Shown piece by piece: positions 48,698-57,024 of a DNA stretch of 64,000 nucleotides. The notes under the pieces were generated by a model. It worked only from the letters and a program-made list of their open reading frames with translations. It was not told where the DNA came from and searched no databases. Both the position numbers and the translations under genes were made by a program. Positions within the stretch are counted from its first letter, which is position 1, and every line of letters starts with the position of its first letter. The DNA comes from an uncultured Christensenellaceae bacterium (GTDB lineage Bacteria; Bacillota; Clostridia; Christensenellales; UBA3700): positions 1,365,643-1,429,642 of the forward strand of contig OZ006985.1 in NCBI GenBank assembly GCA_963931165.1, given 5' to 3'.

Positions 48698-49372
48698 ATG
48701 ATAAACATCGCGATCGACGGACCATCCGGCGCAGGCAAGAGCACGATCGGCAAAATGCTTGCCAAGCGGCTCGGGATCACCTATCTCGACACGGGCGCAA
48801 TGTACAGGGCGGTGGCGCTGTATGTGGTGCGCAAGGGCGTTTCGCCGCTTGACGAAGAGGCGGTCGTGCCCCTCTTGGACGAGATAGCGCTGTCCTTTTC
48901 GGACACTCCGGAGCGCAGCATCATGCTCAACGGCGAAGACGTGTCGGCCGCGATCCGCGAGCACGCGATCTCCAAGGCGGCGTCCGACGTGTCCAAGATC
49001 CCGGCGGTGCGGCTGTTTTTGGTCGCGATGCAGCGCAAGATCGCGTCCGAGAGCGACGTCGTGCTTGACGGCAGGGACATCACCAGCTATGTCCTGCCCG
49101 ACGCAAAGTACAAGTTCTTTTTGACCGCCGACGTCGAGGAGAGGGCGAGAAGACGTTTTGAAGAATTGCGCGCAAAGGGCGCCGATGTCGATTACGACAC
49201 CGTCCTTGCGGACATAAAAGACAGAGATCACAACGATTCGCACAGGGCGTTCGCGCCGCTGACCAAGACGGAGGATTCCGTCCTCATAGACAGCACGGAT
49301 ATGACCGCGGATCAAGTTGCGGAGGTCATCACGGACTATGTCCTCGGAAAGAAGAAAAAAGGTCAAGAATAA
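48698..49372 (+). CDS. cmk: cytidylate kinase
   Basis: IAIDGPSGAGKSTIGK, YLDTGAMYRA. Confidence 0.95.
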   Translation: MINIAIDGPSGAGKSTIGKMLAKRLGITYLDTGAMYRAVALYVVRKGVSPLDEEAVVPLLDEIALSFSDTPERSIMLNGEDVSAAIREHAISKAASDVSKIPAVRLFLVAMQRKIASESDVVLDGRDITSYVLPDAKYKFFLTADVEERARRRFEELRAKGADVDYDTVLADIKDRDHNDSHRAFAPLTKTEDSVLIDSTDMTADQVAEVITDYVLGKKKKGQE

Positions 49373-50123
49373 GTACAGCGACAGACCCAATTTGTTCTAT
49401 CGCGTGCTTGCGCGGATAGGCAGATTTTTAATGAAGATAGTGTGGCTTCCCCGCACCGTCTATTTTGCCGAAAAGTTCCCCAAAGAGGGGAGCGTGATGT
49501 GCATTTGCAACCACTATTCCCCCCTTGACGCATGTGTGATATATCACAAATTGTTCAATTTTCAAGGGCGCATCGCGGTCAAGGCGGAGGCGATGAACAA
49601 CCGCTTTGTCGGCAACTTTTTGACAGCGCTCTGCCGTGCGATCAGCGTTTCGAGAGGGGATTCGGACATAGGCGCGCTGAGGGAGATGCTCAAAGAGCTC
49701 AATTCCGGCGGCAAGGTGCTGATCTTCCCCGAGGGAACGCGTGTCAAGGACGGCAAGTCCAAGACTCTGCTGCCCTTCAAAGAGGGCGCGGTAGCGATCG
49801 CTTTGAGGACGAAGACTCAGCTCGTCCCGACGCTCTACTATTGCCGTCAAAAGCCTTTCGGTTTCAAGGGTAACAAGCTGATCGTCGGCGACCCGATCGA
49901 CCTCAGCCGTTTTTACGACAAGCCGATACGCGACGTCAAGGACGAAGCCAACGCGTATGTCGTCGCCAAGATGAACGAATTGCGCGTTCAGATCGACGAG
50001 ATCGTCGAGAAGTATCACGGCAAGCTCGACCGCTATCTCGCCGCGCATGCCGCAGACAAGGCTCTGCCGTCGCCCGAAGCCGATGCGGACGCGTCCGGCG
50101 CCGGCGCTGCGGAGGATAAGTGA
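49338..50123 (+). CDS. plsC: 1-acyl-sn-glycerol-3-phosphate acyltransferase
   Basis: NHYSPLD (HxxxxD) and IFPEGTR motifs. Start uncertain (TTG 49317 or ATG 49338). Confidence 0.8.
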   Translation: MSSERRKKVKNKYSDRPNLFYRVLARIGRFLMKIVWLPRTVYFAEKFPKEGSVMCICNHYSPLDACVIYHKLFNFQGRIAVKAEAMNNRFVGNFLTALCRAISVSRGDSDIGALREMLKELNSGGKVLIFPEGTRVKDGKSKTLLPFKEGAVAIALRTKTQLVPTLYYCRQKPFGFKGNKLIVGDPIDLSRFYDKPIRDVKDEANAYVVAKMNELRVQIDEIVEKYHGKLDRYLAAHAADKALPSPEADADASGAGAAEDK

Positions 50124-52441
50124 AGCTGATCGTCGCGCACGGCGCAGGGTTTTGCATGGGCGTCAAGGGCGCGGTCGACGCGGCGATGAACACGCCGGGC
50201 AAGCGCGTCACTTTGGGCAAGCTCATCCACAACGACTACGTCAACGATAGGCTCGCCGCAGCGGGCGTAGGCACGATCGATTCGCTTGCCGAATATACCG
50301 AAGGCACGGTGATCATCCGCTCGCACGGAGTTGGCGAGGCTGTCTATCGCGAACTCGAAGAGAGGGACATTCCGTATGTCGACGCGACATGTCCGTTTGT
50401 CAAGAAGATACACTCGATCATCAAGCGCGAAGTGGAGAGAGGGCGGCGCATCGTCGTCATCGGCGGCAAGGATCATCCCGAGGTGATCGGGCACGTCGGC
50501 TGGGCGGAAGGCAACGCCGTCGTCGTCGACGGAGAAGAGGACGTCGCCGCTTTGGATATCTCGGGGGAATACAGTGCGGTAGTACAGACGACATACAGCG
50601 AAAAAAAATTCGAAAATTTGCGTCAAATGCTCGAAAATCGGTGCAAAACGCTTGAAATATACAATACTATTTGCTATACTACAAAGGATAGACAAAGGGG
50701 GGCGGAGGAACTCGCGAAAAAGTGCGACGCGATGGTCGTCATCGGCAGTTCGTCGAGCAGCAACACTCTGAAGCTATACGACATCTGCAAAGCGCATTGC
50801 GAGGACACCTATCTGATCGAGAAAATAGCCGACGTCAAGTCGGTTGCAGCAAAAAATCATAAACTTCTCGGCGTGACAGCCGGGGCGTCAACTCCGGGTG
50901 AGTTGATAGCGGAGGTAATCAAACAAATGAGTGACACTCAAAACACCAACACCAAAGAGTCTTTTGAAGAACTTCTGAAAGAGTCTGAAAGAACCGCCAA
51001 GAGGTCGATGGACATCAGGGCGGGCAAAACCTACACTTGCACGGTCATCAGTGCAACTCCCGAAGGCATCTACGTCGGCTTCGGCGGCAAGAAGGACGGT
51101 TTCATCGACAAGTCCGAGGTCGAACTCGACGGCGTTACATATGATCCCGCCAACTATACGACGGGCGACAAGTTCGATGCCATGGTCATCGAAAAGTCGG
51201 GCAGAAAGGACAGAAACGACGAAGTCGCGTTCTCCAAGAAAGCGGTCGACAAGCGCGTCAAAGAGGACAAAGAGGCGGAAGAGGCTATCCGCGGCGGCAT
51301 TTTCACCGTCACCGTCGAGAGGGCGGTCAAGGGCGGTCTCGAGGCGAGGCTGGGCAGCTACAAGATCTTCATCCCGGCGTCTCAGATCCGCATCGGCTTT
51401 GTGACAGATCTCGAAAAGTATGTCGGCAAACAGCTCCGTCTGCGCGCCATCGAGCCCAAGAAGAAGGGCGAGCAAGCTCCGGCGGAAGTCGCCGAGCAGG
51501 CGCAGGAAGGCGAGGCCGCCGAGGCTCAGACCGAGGCTGTCGAGCAGGTCGAAGCGACCGAGGCTCCCGCAGAGGAGAAGAAGCCGCTCGAGATCTCCAA
51601 GAGGCGTTCCATCGTCGCTTCTCAGCGCGTCGTTCTCGAAGAAGAGAAGGCTCGCAAAGAAGAGGAACTTTGGGCGAAGCTCCAAGTCGGCGAGGTCGTC
51701 AAGGGCAAGGTCAAGAGGTTGACCGACTTCGGCGCGTTCGTCAGCGTCTACAACTATGACTGCCTGGCGCACGTCTCCGATCTGTCTCATCACAAGATCT
51801 CCAATCCCGCCGAGGTCCTCGAGATCGGCAAGACCTACGAGTTCGTCATCCTCAAGGCGGACAGAGAGTCGGGCAGGGTCTCGCTCGGCTACAAGCAATT
51901 GCAGAAGAAGCCGTACGAGATCGCCGCGGAGAAATATCCCGTCGGTTCGGTCGTCACCGGCAAGGTTACGGGCGTGTTCAAGTACGGCGTGTTCGTGTTG
52001 ATCGAGCAAGACGTCGACGGTCTCGTTCCCGTCTCCGAGATGGCGAACCACTATGTCAAGGATCCCGCCGATCTGTACAAAGTGGGCGATGAAGTCACCG
52101 CCAAGGTCATCAAATTCTCCGACAACAAGATCACGCTTTCGATCAAGGCTATCACCGCTCAGAGCAGCCCCGAAGTTGAGATATCCGACGAGGACTACCA
52201 AGAGGCGAAAGAGAGAAGGGCTTCCCGCAACGCGAAGAAGTTCGAGAACGCCGCTTCCGGCGCCGCTTCCGCTCCGCGCAAGAGACAACCCAAGAAGTCC
52301 GACGACCCCAACGAGGTCACTTCGTGGAAGTCCGAGTCCGGTACGGCTACCTTCGGCGATCTGTTCAGCATGATCAATTTGCCCGAGGGCGACGAGGCTG
52401 CCGAGGATACGGCTGCTTCCGACGAGGACAAAAAGGACTGA
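50120..52441 (+). CDS. ispH: bifunctional 4-hydroxy-3-methylbut-2-enyl diphosphate reductase / ribosomal protein S1 fusion
   Basis: GTG start. N-terminal IspH (GAGFCMGVKGAV, SHGV, ATCPFV, SSSSNT), then four S1-like repeats (e.g. VVKGKVKRLTDFGAFVSV, VVTGKVTGVFKYGVFVLI). Confidence 0.9.
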   Translation: MKLIVAHGAGFCMGVKGAVDAAMNTPGKRVTLGKLIHNDYVNDRLAAAGVGTIDSLAEYTEGTVIIRSHGVGEAVYRELEERDIPYVDATCPFVKKIHSIIKREVERGRRIVVIGGKDHPEVIGHVGWAEGNAVVVDGEEDVAALDISGEYSAVVQTTYSEKKFENLRQMLENRCKTLEIYNTICYTTKDRQRGAEELAKKCDAMVVIGSSSSSNTLKLYDICKAHCEDTYLIEKIADVKSVAAKNHKLLGVTAGASTPGELIAEVIKQMSDTQNTNTKESFEELLKESERTAKRSMDIRAGKTYTCTVISATPEGIYVGFGGKKDGFIDKSEVELDGVTYDPANYTTGDKFDAMVIEKSGRKDRNDEVAFSKKAVDKRVKEDKEAEEAIRGGIFTVTVERAVKGGLEARLGSYKIFIPASQIRIGFVTDLEKYVGKQLRLRAIEPKKKGEQAPAEVAEQAQEGEAAEAQTEAVEQVEATEAPAEEKKPLEISKRRSIVASQRVVLEEEKARKEEELWAKLQVGEVVKGKVKRLTDFGAFVSVYNYDCLAHVSDLSHHKISNPAEVLEIGKTYEFVILKADRESGRVSLGYKQLQKKPYEIAAEKYPVGSVVTGKVTGVFKYGVFVLIEQDVDGLVPVSEMANHYVKDPADLYKVGDEVTAKVIKFSDNKITLSIKAITAQSSPEVEISDEDYQEAKERRASRNAKKFENAASGAASAPRKRQPKKSDDPNEVTSWKSESGTATFGDLFSMINLPEGDEAAEDTAASDEDKKD

Positions 52442-52454
52442 CAAGAGCGTTTTT

Positions 52455-52486
52455 CGGCTCCCCGACTCTGTTCGGGGAGCCGTTTT
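52455..52486 (+). terminator. terminator after ispH-S1
   Basis: CGGCTCCCCGA / TCGGGGAGCCG stem followed by TTTT. Confidence 0.8.
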
Positions 52487-52582
52487 GCGCGGTGTTCGCC
52501 GAACAAAAAAATACTCGCGCGGCATTGAGGTAAGCGCTGCAAAAATATTTTTGCAAAATCGCAAAAAAGTGCCGTCAAATCG

Positions 52583-52612
52583 TTGACAAAGCCTCCCGCC
52601 TTATAGTATATT
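52583..52612 (+). promoter_or_regulatory. sigma-A promoter of the tRNA operon
   Basis: -35 TTGACA (52583-52588), 18 nt, -10 TATATT (52607-52612). Confidence 0.55.
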
Positions 52613-52638
52613 TTAGAAGTCGCACGGAGCGGTAACAG

Positions 52639-52714
52639 CGGGGTGTGGCGCAGTTGGTAGCGCGCGTGGTTTGGGACCATGAGGCCGGGAGTTCGAGTCT
52701 CTTCACCCCGACCA
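52639..52714 (+). tRNA. tRNA-Pro (TGG)
   Basis: Cloverleaf with acceptor CGGGGTG/CACCCCG, anticodon loop TTTGGGA, T-loop GTTCGAGTC. CCA encoded. Confidence 0.9.
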
Positions 52715-52729
52715 ATGCAATAAAATTGT

Positions 52730-52806
52730 GGGCCATTAGCTCAGTTGGTTAGAGCAACCGGCTCATAACCGGTCGGTCCAAGGTTCGAGTCCTTGATGGC
52801 CCACCA
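52730..52806 (+). tRNA. tRNA with CAT anticodon (elongator Met or lysidine-type Ile2)
   Basis: Acceptor GGGCCAT/ATGGCCC, anticodon loop CTCATAA. There is no initiator signature (1-72 paired, no GGG/CCC anticodon stem). C4-C5 in the acceptor stem hints at Ile2. CCA encoded. Confidence 0.85.
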
Positions 52807-52821
52807 CAAACAAGATAATAT

Positions 52822-52898
52822 GGTTCGGTAGTTCAGCTGGTTAGAACGCTAGCCTGTCACGCTAGAGGTCGAGGGTTCGAGTCCCTTCCGAATCGCCA
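52822..52898 (+). tRNA. tRNA-Asp (GTC)
   Basis: Acceptor GGTTCGG/CCGAATC, anticodon loop CTGTCAC. CCA encoded. Confidence 0.9.
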
Positions 52899-52940
52899 AA
52901 ATATCTTATGAGTGGTAGCGATATCACTCATAAAAAATAT

Positions 52941-53016
52941 GCCTCGGTAGCTCAGTCGGTAGAGCAGGGGACTGAAAATCCCCGTGTCGGTGGTTCGATT
53001 CCGCCCCGAGGCACCA
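52941..53016 (+). tRNA. tRNA-Phe (GAA)
   Basis: Acceptor GCCTCGG/CCGAGGC, anticodon loop CTGAAAA. CCA encoded. Confidence 0.9.
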
Positions 53017-53036
53017 AAGCGAAAGATCGCGATCGG

Positions 53037-53112
53037 GCTGGTGTAGCTCAACTGGCAGAGCAGCTGATTTGTAATCAGCAGGTTGCTGGTTCGATTCCGG
53101 TCACCAGCTCCA
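53037..53112 (+). tRNA. tRNA-Thr (TGT)
   Basis: Acceptor GCTGGTG/CACCAGC, anticodon stem-loop GCTGA-TTTGTAA-TCAGC. CCA encoded. Confidence 0.9.
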
Positions 53113-53116
53113 ACAA

Positions 53117-53201
53117 GGGAAGGTTCCCGAGCGGCCAAAGGGAGCAGACTGTAAATCTGCCGACCATGTCTTCGGTGGTTCGAATCCACCCCTTCCCACC
53201 A
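53117..53201 (+). tRNA. tRNA-Tyr (GTA), long variable arm
   Basis: Acceptor GGGAAGG/CCTTCCC, anticodon loop CTGTAAA, variable arm CGACCATGTCTTCGGTG. CCA encoded. Confidence 0.9.
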
Positions 53202-53255
53202 CAGAAAAAGGACGTCGTTTTGACGTCCTTTTTCTGTGGTGGGAAGGGGTGGATT
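53183..53255 (+). terminator. perfect 34-bp inverted repeat (tRNA operon terminator hairpin that includes the tRNA-Tyr 3' end)
   Basis: Left arm AATCCACCCCTTCCCACCACAGAAAAAGGACGTC (53183-53216), loop GTTTT, and an exact reverse complement at 53222-53255. The inner part, AAAAAGGACGTC..GACGTCCTTTTT, is a classic terminator. Confidence 0.8.
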
Positions 53256-53667
53256 AACGAACTACGGCCCTAAAAGGGCGTGGTTCGGCTGTCCGCCGAA
53301 GGCGGCAGCTTTCGCGAAGTTGCTGCCGATCGGCTCTCGAAGGCGAAAAGCGGGAAGCGAACCTCCACTTGATTGAGATTACTCATTGCGGAAAATTATT
53401 ATAAAGCTTAATATTTTGTTTAGTTACTGCTGTTAGATGCCACATTGCTGTCGACTATTGATTATCAATTTATTATCGCGTATGCATAGCAAGCGATCTC
53501 TCATTCAGCTTTAACTTCACGAATTATTCACGTAATCGTGTTTCGACAATCGATATTCTTCTGTTAATTCGATATAAATTTTGTAAAAATATTGACACAT
53601 TATATCATAACGTGATAATATAGTAAAGAACTATCAGTGTGGTTCAATACTAAGTGGGAGAATGTCT

Positions 53668-54879
53668 ATGGAAAACGATCAGTCCTTTCAAAACGGACAG
53701 GGCGTGACGACAGGGCAGCAGGCTCCGCAATTTGTGCAGCCGGCACAACAGCCGATGCAACAGCCGCAATTTGCGCCGCAGCAGCCTGCCCAACCGGCAC
53801 AACAGCCGACGCCGCAACCTGTCTATCAGCAGCCCGTCTATCAACAGCCGGCGCAGCAAGTTCAGCCTGTCTATCAGCAGCCCGTGCAACAACCGGTGCA
53901 GCAGCAATATGCGCAGCCGCCTCAACCGGTCGCACAGTCGCCGCGTCTTGTCAACGGCAAGAATTGCGCCTATTGCGGCACACTCAATGTGGCGGATGCG
54001 GTCTATTGCTACAATTGCGGCAACTACATCGACCCGGCGTATGCGGCGAGGACGTGCCAGACGTGCCATACGCTCAACGCTCCGGGTGTCGCCTATTGCG
54101 TAAAATGCGGTTCGACGCTTGCGGCGGGACGTCAGGCGATGCCGGCGCAGCAGGGCGCGGTCATGGGCTACAACCCCGCAGAGACGCCCGACACCTACGA
54201 GTCGTCCTATGACGGCGGCGCGGTGTCCAACTTCTTGCACTTGCTCGTGGTGATCTTGTTTTCGTCGCTTACATTGTTTTTGGCGATGCCGGCGCTCGTG
54301 TGCTGGTATTTCCGTTGGGAGACGTCGCACGTCAGGATCAACGGCAGACAGCTTGAATTTGACGGCAAGGGCATACAGCTTTTCGGCAAATTGGTGTTGT
54401 GGTCGTTTTTGACGCTCATCACGATCGGGCTCTACGGCATCTTCAGAATGCCGCTCAACCTGCAGCGCTGGCGCACGAGCCATACCCACGTTGCCGGTTA
54501 CAGGACCCCGGACGGCAACAAGGGCGAATCCAAGTTTGACGGCAGCATCTTCGGACTTTGGGGCGTCAATATCGTCAGAGTTCTTTGCTTGCCTTTGTCG
54601 GTCATCACGCTTGGCTTCATGGGCTCCGTGTCGAAGAGATACAGATACGCATGGTTTGCAAAGCGCAAGATCTACGACGGTCAGACTATGAAGTTCGACG
54701 GCACCAGCGGTCAGTTGTGGGGTAAGAGGATAGTATGGCTTTTGCTCACGATCATCACGATCGGCATCTACACCGCATGGATGATGAACAACGTCAAGAA
54801 GTGGAGATACAAACACACTAAGTTCACTGCGCCCGGAATGTTTCCGGCGCCCGCGATACAGCAGCCTCTCGGCAAATAA
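53668..54879 (+). CDS. Q/P-rich, double zinc-ribbon, DUF898 (YjgN-like) membrane protein
   Basis: GTGGGAG RBS favours ATG 53668 over 53662. QQPVYQQP repeats; CAYCG..CYNCG and CQTCH..CVKCG ribbons; two repeats of a TM pair with FDG..G.LFG/LWG typical of DUF898. Confidence 0.7.
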   Translation: MENDQSFQNGQGVTTGQQAPQFVQPAQQPMQQPQFAPQQPAQPAQQPTPQPVYQQPVYQQPAQQVQPVYQQPVQQPVQQQYAQPPQPVAQSPRLVNGKNCAYCGTLNVADAVYCYNCGNYIDPAYAARTCQTCHTLNAPGVAYCVKCGSTLAAGRQAMPAQQGAVMGYNPAETPDTYESSYDGGAVSNFLHLLVVILFSSLTLFLAMPALVCWYFRWETSHVRINGRQLEFDGKGIQLFGKLVLWSFLTLITIGLYGIFRMPLNLQRWRTSHTHVAGYRTPDGNKGESKFDGSIFGLWGVNIVRVLCLPLSVITLGFMGSVSKRYRYAWFAKRKIYDGQTMKFDGTSGQLWGKRIVWLLLTIITIGIYTAWMMNNVKKWRYKHTKFTAPGMFPAPAIQQPLGK

Positions 54880-54924
54880 CAAAAATCAGGCGGTCGCCGT
54901 AGACGGAATGTCTGCGGCGATCTT

Positions 54925-55194
54925 TCAGCACGGCTTGGGGGATGGCGGAAGTTCTCTTCCGAGTTCGACGAGAATGGTGTCTTCGCCTATCCGCACGATG
55001 CACTTCCACGGCACAAAGACGCTGTCGCTCCCTGTGATGTTTTTGAGGAACTTGCGGTCGCCCGGCACTATGATCCCGGTGATTTGACCGCCGGGAGTGA
55101 AAGCCATATCCAAAATTTTCCCCAGCCGCTTACCGTCGACGACGTTGACGGTCTCTTTTTCTTTGAGTTCGCAAAAGGTCAGATCGTTCAACAT
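54925..55194 (-). CDS. ylmC: YlmC/YmxH family sporulation protein (PRC barrel)
   Basis: CELKEKETVNVVDGKRLGKILDMAF...FVPWKCIVRIGEDTILV. GGAGGTG RBS. Confidence 0.85.
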   Translation of the reverse strand: MLNDLTFCELKEKETVNVVDGKRLGKILDMAFTPGGQITGIIVPGDRKFLKNITGSDSVFVPWKCIVRIGEDTILVELGRELPPSPKPC

Positions 55195-55307
55195 ATTTCA
55201 CCTCCGCATATCGTATGACGAGTCGCGCCGACGTATGACATTTTGACAAAATTCGCCCTGCGGCGCATACGGCAGTTGGCGCGGCATATATTGAAAGCGG
55301 TGATATT

Positions 55308-56003
55308 ATGCTCGGATTGCTCGTATTGTTGTCCAACATTTTGTTTTTCAGCGGATTTGTCCGCAACGAAAACCGCTTTCCGCACCCCCTTCCGCGCGAA
55401 GAGGAGGAGCGGCTCGTTCAAAAGTATCGCTCGGGCGATCGCTCGGCGCGCGACGAACTCATCAATCACAACATGCGCCTCGTCGTCCACATCGCAAAAA
55501 AATATTCGCAGGGTGCGGATGTCGAAGAGCTCGTCTCGATCGGCGCGATCGGCTTGATCAAGGCGGTCGAAAACTACACGCCGGGTCGCGGCACGCACCT
55601 TGCGACATTCGCCGCGAAGTGCATAGAGAACGAGATCTTGATGGCTTTGCGCAAGACCAAAAAGTTCAAGGCGGACAAATCGCTTTACGAGCCGGTCGGT
55701 TTTGACAAGGACGGCAACGAGGTCGCACTCATCGAATTGCTCGCGCAGGACGAAGAGAGCGTTCTGGGCATCGTCGAGAACAATATATTGCGCGAAAAAT
55801 TGACCGCATTGATCAAAAAGGTGCTGTCCGGCAGAGAACTCGACATCATCGTCATGCGCTACGGTCTCGGAGACGAAAAACGCTTCACCCAAAATGAGAT
55901 CGCCGAAAAGTGGGGCATATCGCGCTCATACGTTTCGAGGATCGAAAAAAAGGCGCTTTTCAAACTCCGCGTCCATATCGAGCAAAACGGATTGAGACCG
56001 TGA
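55308..56003 (+). CDS. sigK: RNA polymerase sporulation sigma factor K (pro-sigma-K), uninterrupted
   Basis: Hydrophobic pro-sequence MLGLLVLLSNILFFSGF, then VRNENRFPHPL, HNMRLVVHIAKKY, TFAAKCIENEILMALRK, GISRSYVSRIEKK. Confidence 0.92.
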   Translation: MLGLLVLLSNILFFSGFVRNENRFPHPLPREEEERLVQKYRSGDRSARDELINHNMRLVVHIAKKYSQGADVEELVSIGAIGLIKAVENYTPGRGTHLATFAAKCIENEILMALRKTKKFKADKSLYEPVGFDKDGNEVALIELLAQDEESVLGIVENNILREKLTALIKKVLSGRELDIIVMRYGLGDEKRFTQNEIAEKWGISRSYVSRIEKKALFKLRVHIEQNGLRP

Positions 56004-56259
56004 TCGCCGCATTTTGGTGGCAGCGCTCGGTCGACAAAAAGATTTTTACAAAAAATCGGCGCTGTCGCTTGACAATTTTCAAGACAAATGAAAAAATTTT
56101 TTCTCATACGATATCGGCATTTTTCAAAGATCGACAAAAAATGTCGTCGCATTCTCTTGACAAGTTAGTTAGCTTTTCAAAGATATTTGCCAATATATTT
56201 ACATTGAGAGGCGAGAGAAGTAATTTGGCGATAGGCAAGCGATTAATGGCTCCGTAAAA

Positions 56260-56291
56260 GACAAAAAAGTACCGCATCGAAAGTGATGCGG
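56260..56291 (-). terminator. rnpB terminator
   Basis: Minus strand CCGCATC-ACTTTC-GATGCGG followed by TACTTTTTTG. Confidence 0.75.
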
Positions 56292-56301
56292 AACAAAATT
56301 T

Positions 56302-56626
56302 GCAAGCGCAGTCTGTAAGCCGGGTTCTGTCGAGGATAAACATCTATCTGAGCCAAGCGTTGCCGCAGGGCTTAAGCGATTGAGGGACGCGGCAGGCGAC
56401 CGATCCGTCCTTGTCTCTTGCATCGAGTGGGGTTTACAGGGCCTCCCGCGTTGCCGCAGGAGCGGTGAGCTCTTACCTCGCCTTTCCATCCTTACCCTTG
56501 CGGGCGGTTTATTTCTGTTGCACTTTCCTTGGAGTCGCCTCCACCGGTAACTAGCCGGCACTCTGCCTTATGATGCCCGGACTTTCCTCCGTAGTCTTTC
56601 ATACGGCGTTTATCCGACTGCCTTGC
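56302..56626 (-). ncRNA. rnpB: RNase P RNA (type A-like)
   Basis: Minus strand carries GAGGAAAGTCCGGGC (P4 5' strand), GGTAAGAGCTCACC, GTAAACCCCAC and ACAGAACCCGGCTTA (P4 3' strand). P1 pairs GCAAGGCAGTC with GACTGCGCTTGC; P2 pairs GGATAAAC with GTTTATCC. Confidence 0.9.
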
Positions 56627-56632
56627 GAAAGA

Positions 56633-56661
56633 ATTATAACACACTTCCATAGTTCTTGCAA
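56633..56661 (-). promoter_or_regulatory. rnpB sigma-A promoter
   Basis: Minus strand: -35 TTGCAA (56661-56656), 17 nt, -10 TATAAT (56638-56633), 6 nt, then GCAAGGCAG (RNA 5' end). Confidence 0.75.
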
Positions 56662-56705
56662 GTCTTTGTTTTGAAAGTGGCTTGGTCTTAAAAATTTTAT
56701 TGGAA

Positions 56706-56829
56706 CGCACTCGCTGTAACTGCTCGTGCGACAAACGAGTCGCCTCCACCGGTAACTAGCCGGCACTCTGCCTTATGATGCCCGGACTTTCCTCTATGAA
56801 TAATCATAGCGTTTATCCAACTGCCTTGC
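56706..56829 (-). pseudogene. truncated RNase P RNA paralogue (P1-P5 5' portion only)
   Basis: GCAAGGCAGTTGGATAAACGC (56829-56809), its own P3-like hairpin CTATGA-TTAT-TCATAG, then 58 nt identical to rnpB (56794-56737 = 56589-56532). After that it diverges into GCGAC-TCGTTT-GTCGC and the CGCAC..GTGCG element. Confidence 0.7.
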
Positions 56830-56835
56830 ATGCTT

Positions 56836-56864
56836 ATTATACTAAACTTGCTGTTCGAAATCAA
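56836..56864 (-). promoter_or_regulatory. sigma-A promoter in front of the truncated rnpB paralogue
   Basis: Minus strand: -35 TTGATT (56864-56859), 17 nt, -10 TATAAT (56841-56836), 6 nt, GCAAGGCAG. The geometry is identical to the real rnpB promoter. Confidence 0.6.
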
Positions 56865-57024
56865 TCTTTTTCGCACAACGAACAAACAATCGAAGTTCCG
56901 TTGTCAGTTCGCTGTTTGGTTACTGCTCGCGTTTTACGTTTTGGGATTCCACGGCGGCGCACTCGCTGTAACTGCTCGTGCGATTGAGTGCTTGGTTACA
57001 TCTGAAAAACTTGTTTGCCGATCG

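Noticed and set aside
50120-52441. IspH-ribosomal protein S1 fusion as a novelty.
   Set aside because: As far as I recall, this fusion downstream of cmk is already a commonly annotated arrangement in Clostridia. It is real but not new.
53256-53345. Possible seventh tRNA, tRNA pseudogene or integrase/att pair after tRNA-Tyr.
   Set aside because: I could not fold a cloverleaf on either strand. There is no direct repeat of the tRNA 3' end and no recombinase gene within the window, only the inverted copy reported as a finding.
55210-55292. CATAC...CATACGAT and CATAC-14 nt-CATATATT motifs between ylmC and sigK, resembling mother-cell (sigma-E/K) promoters.
   Set aside because: Both putative -10 elements end only ~15 nt before the start codons. 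The predicted TSS would then fall inside or after the ribosome-binding site. They cannot be supported from sequence alone.
55308-56003. Looked for a skin-like intervening element or split sigK.
   Set aside because: The ORF is continuous from the pro-sequence through region 4 (231 aa). No recombinase or insertion is nearby.
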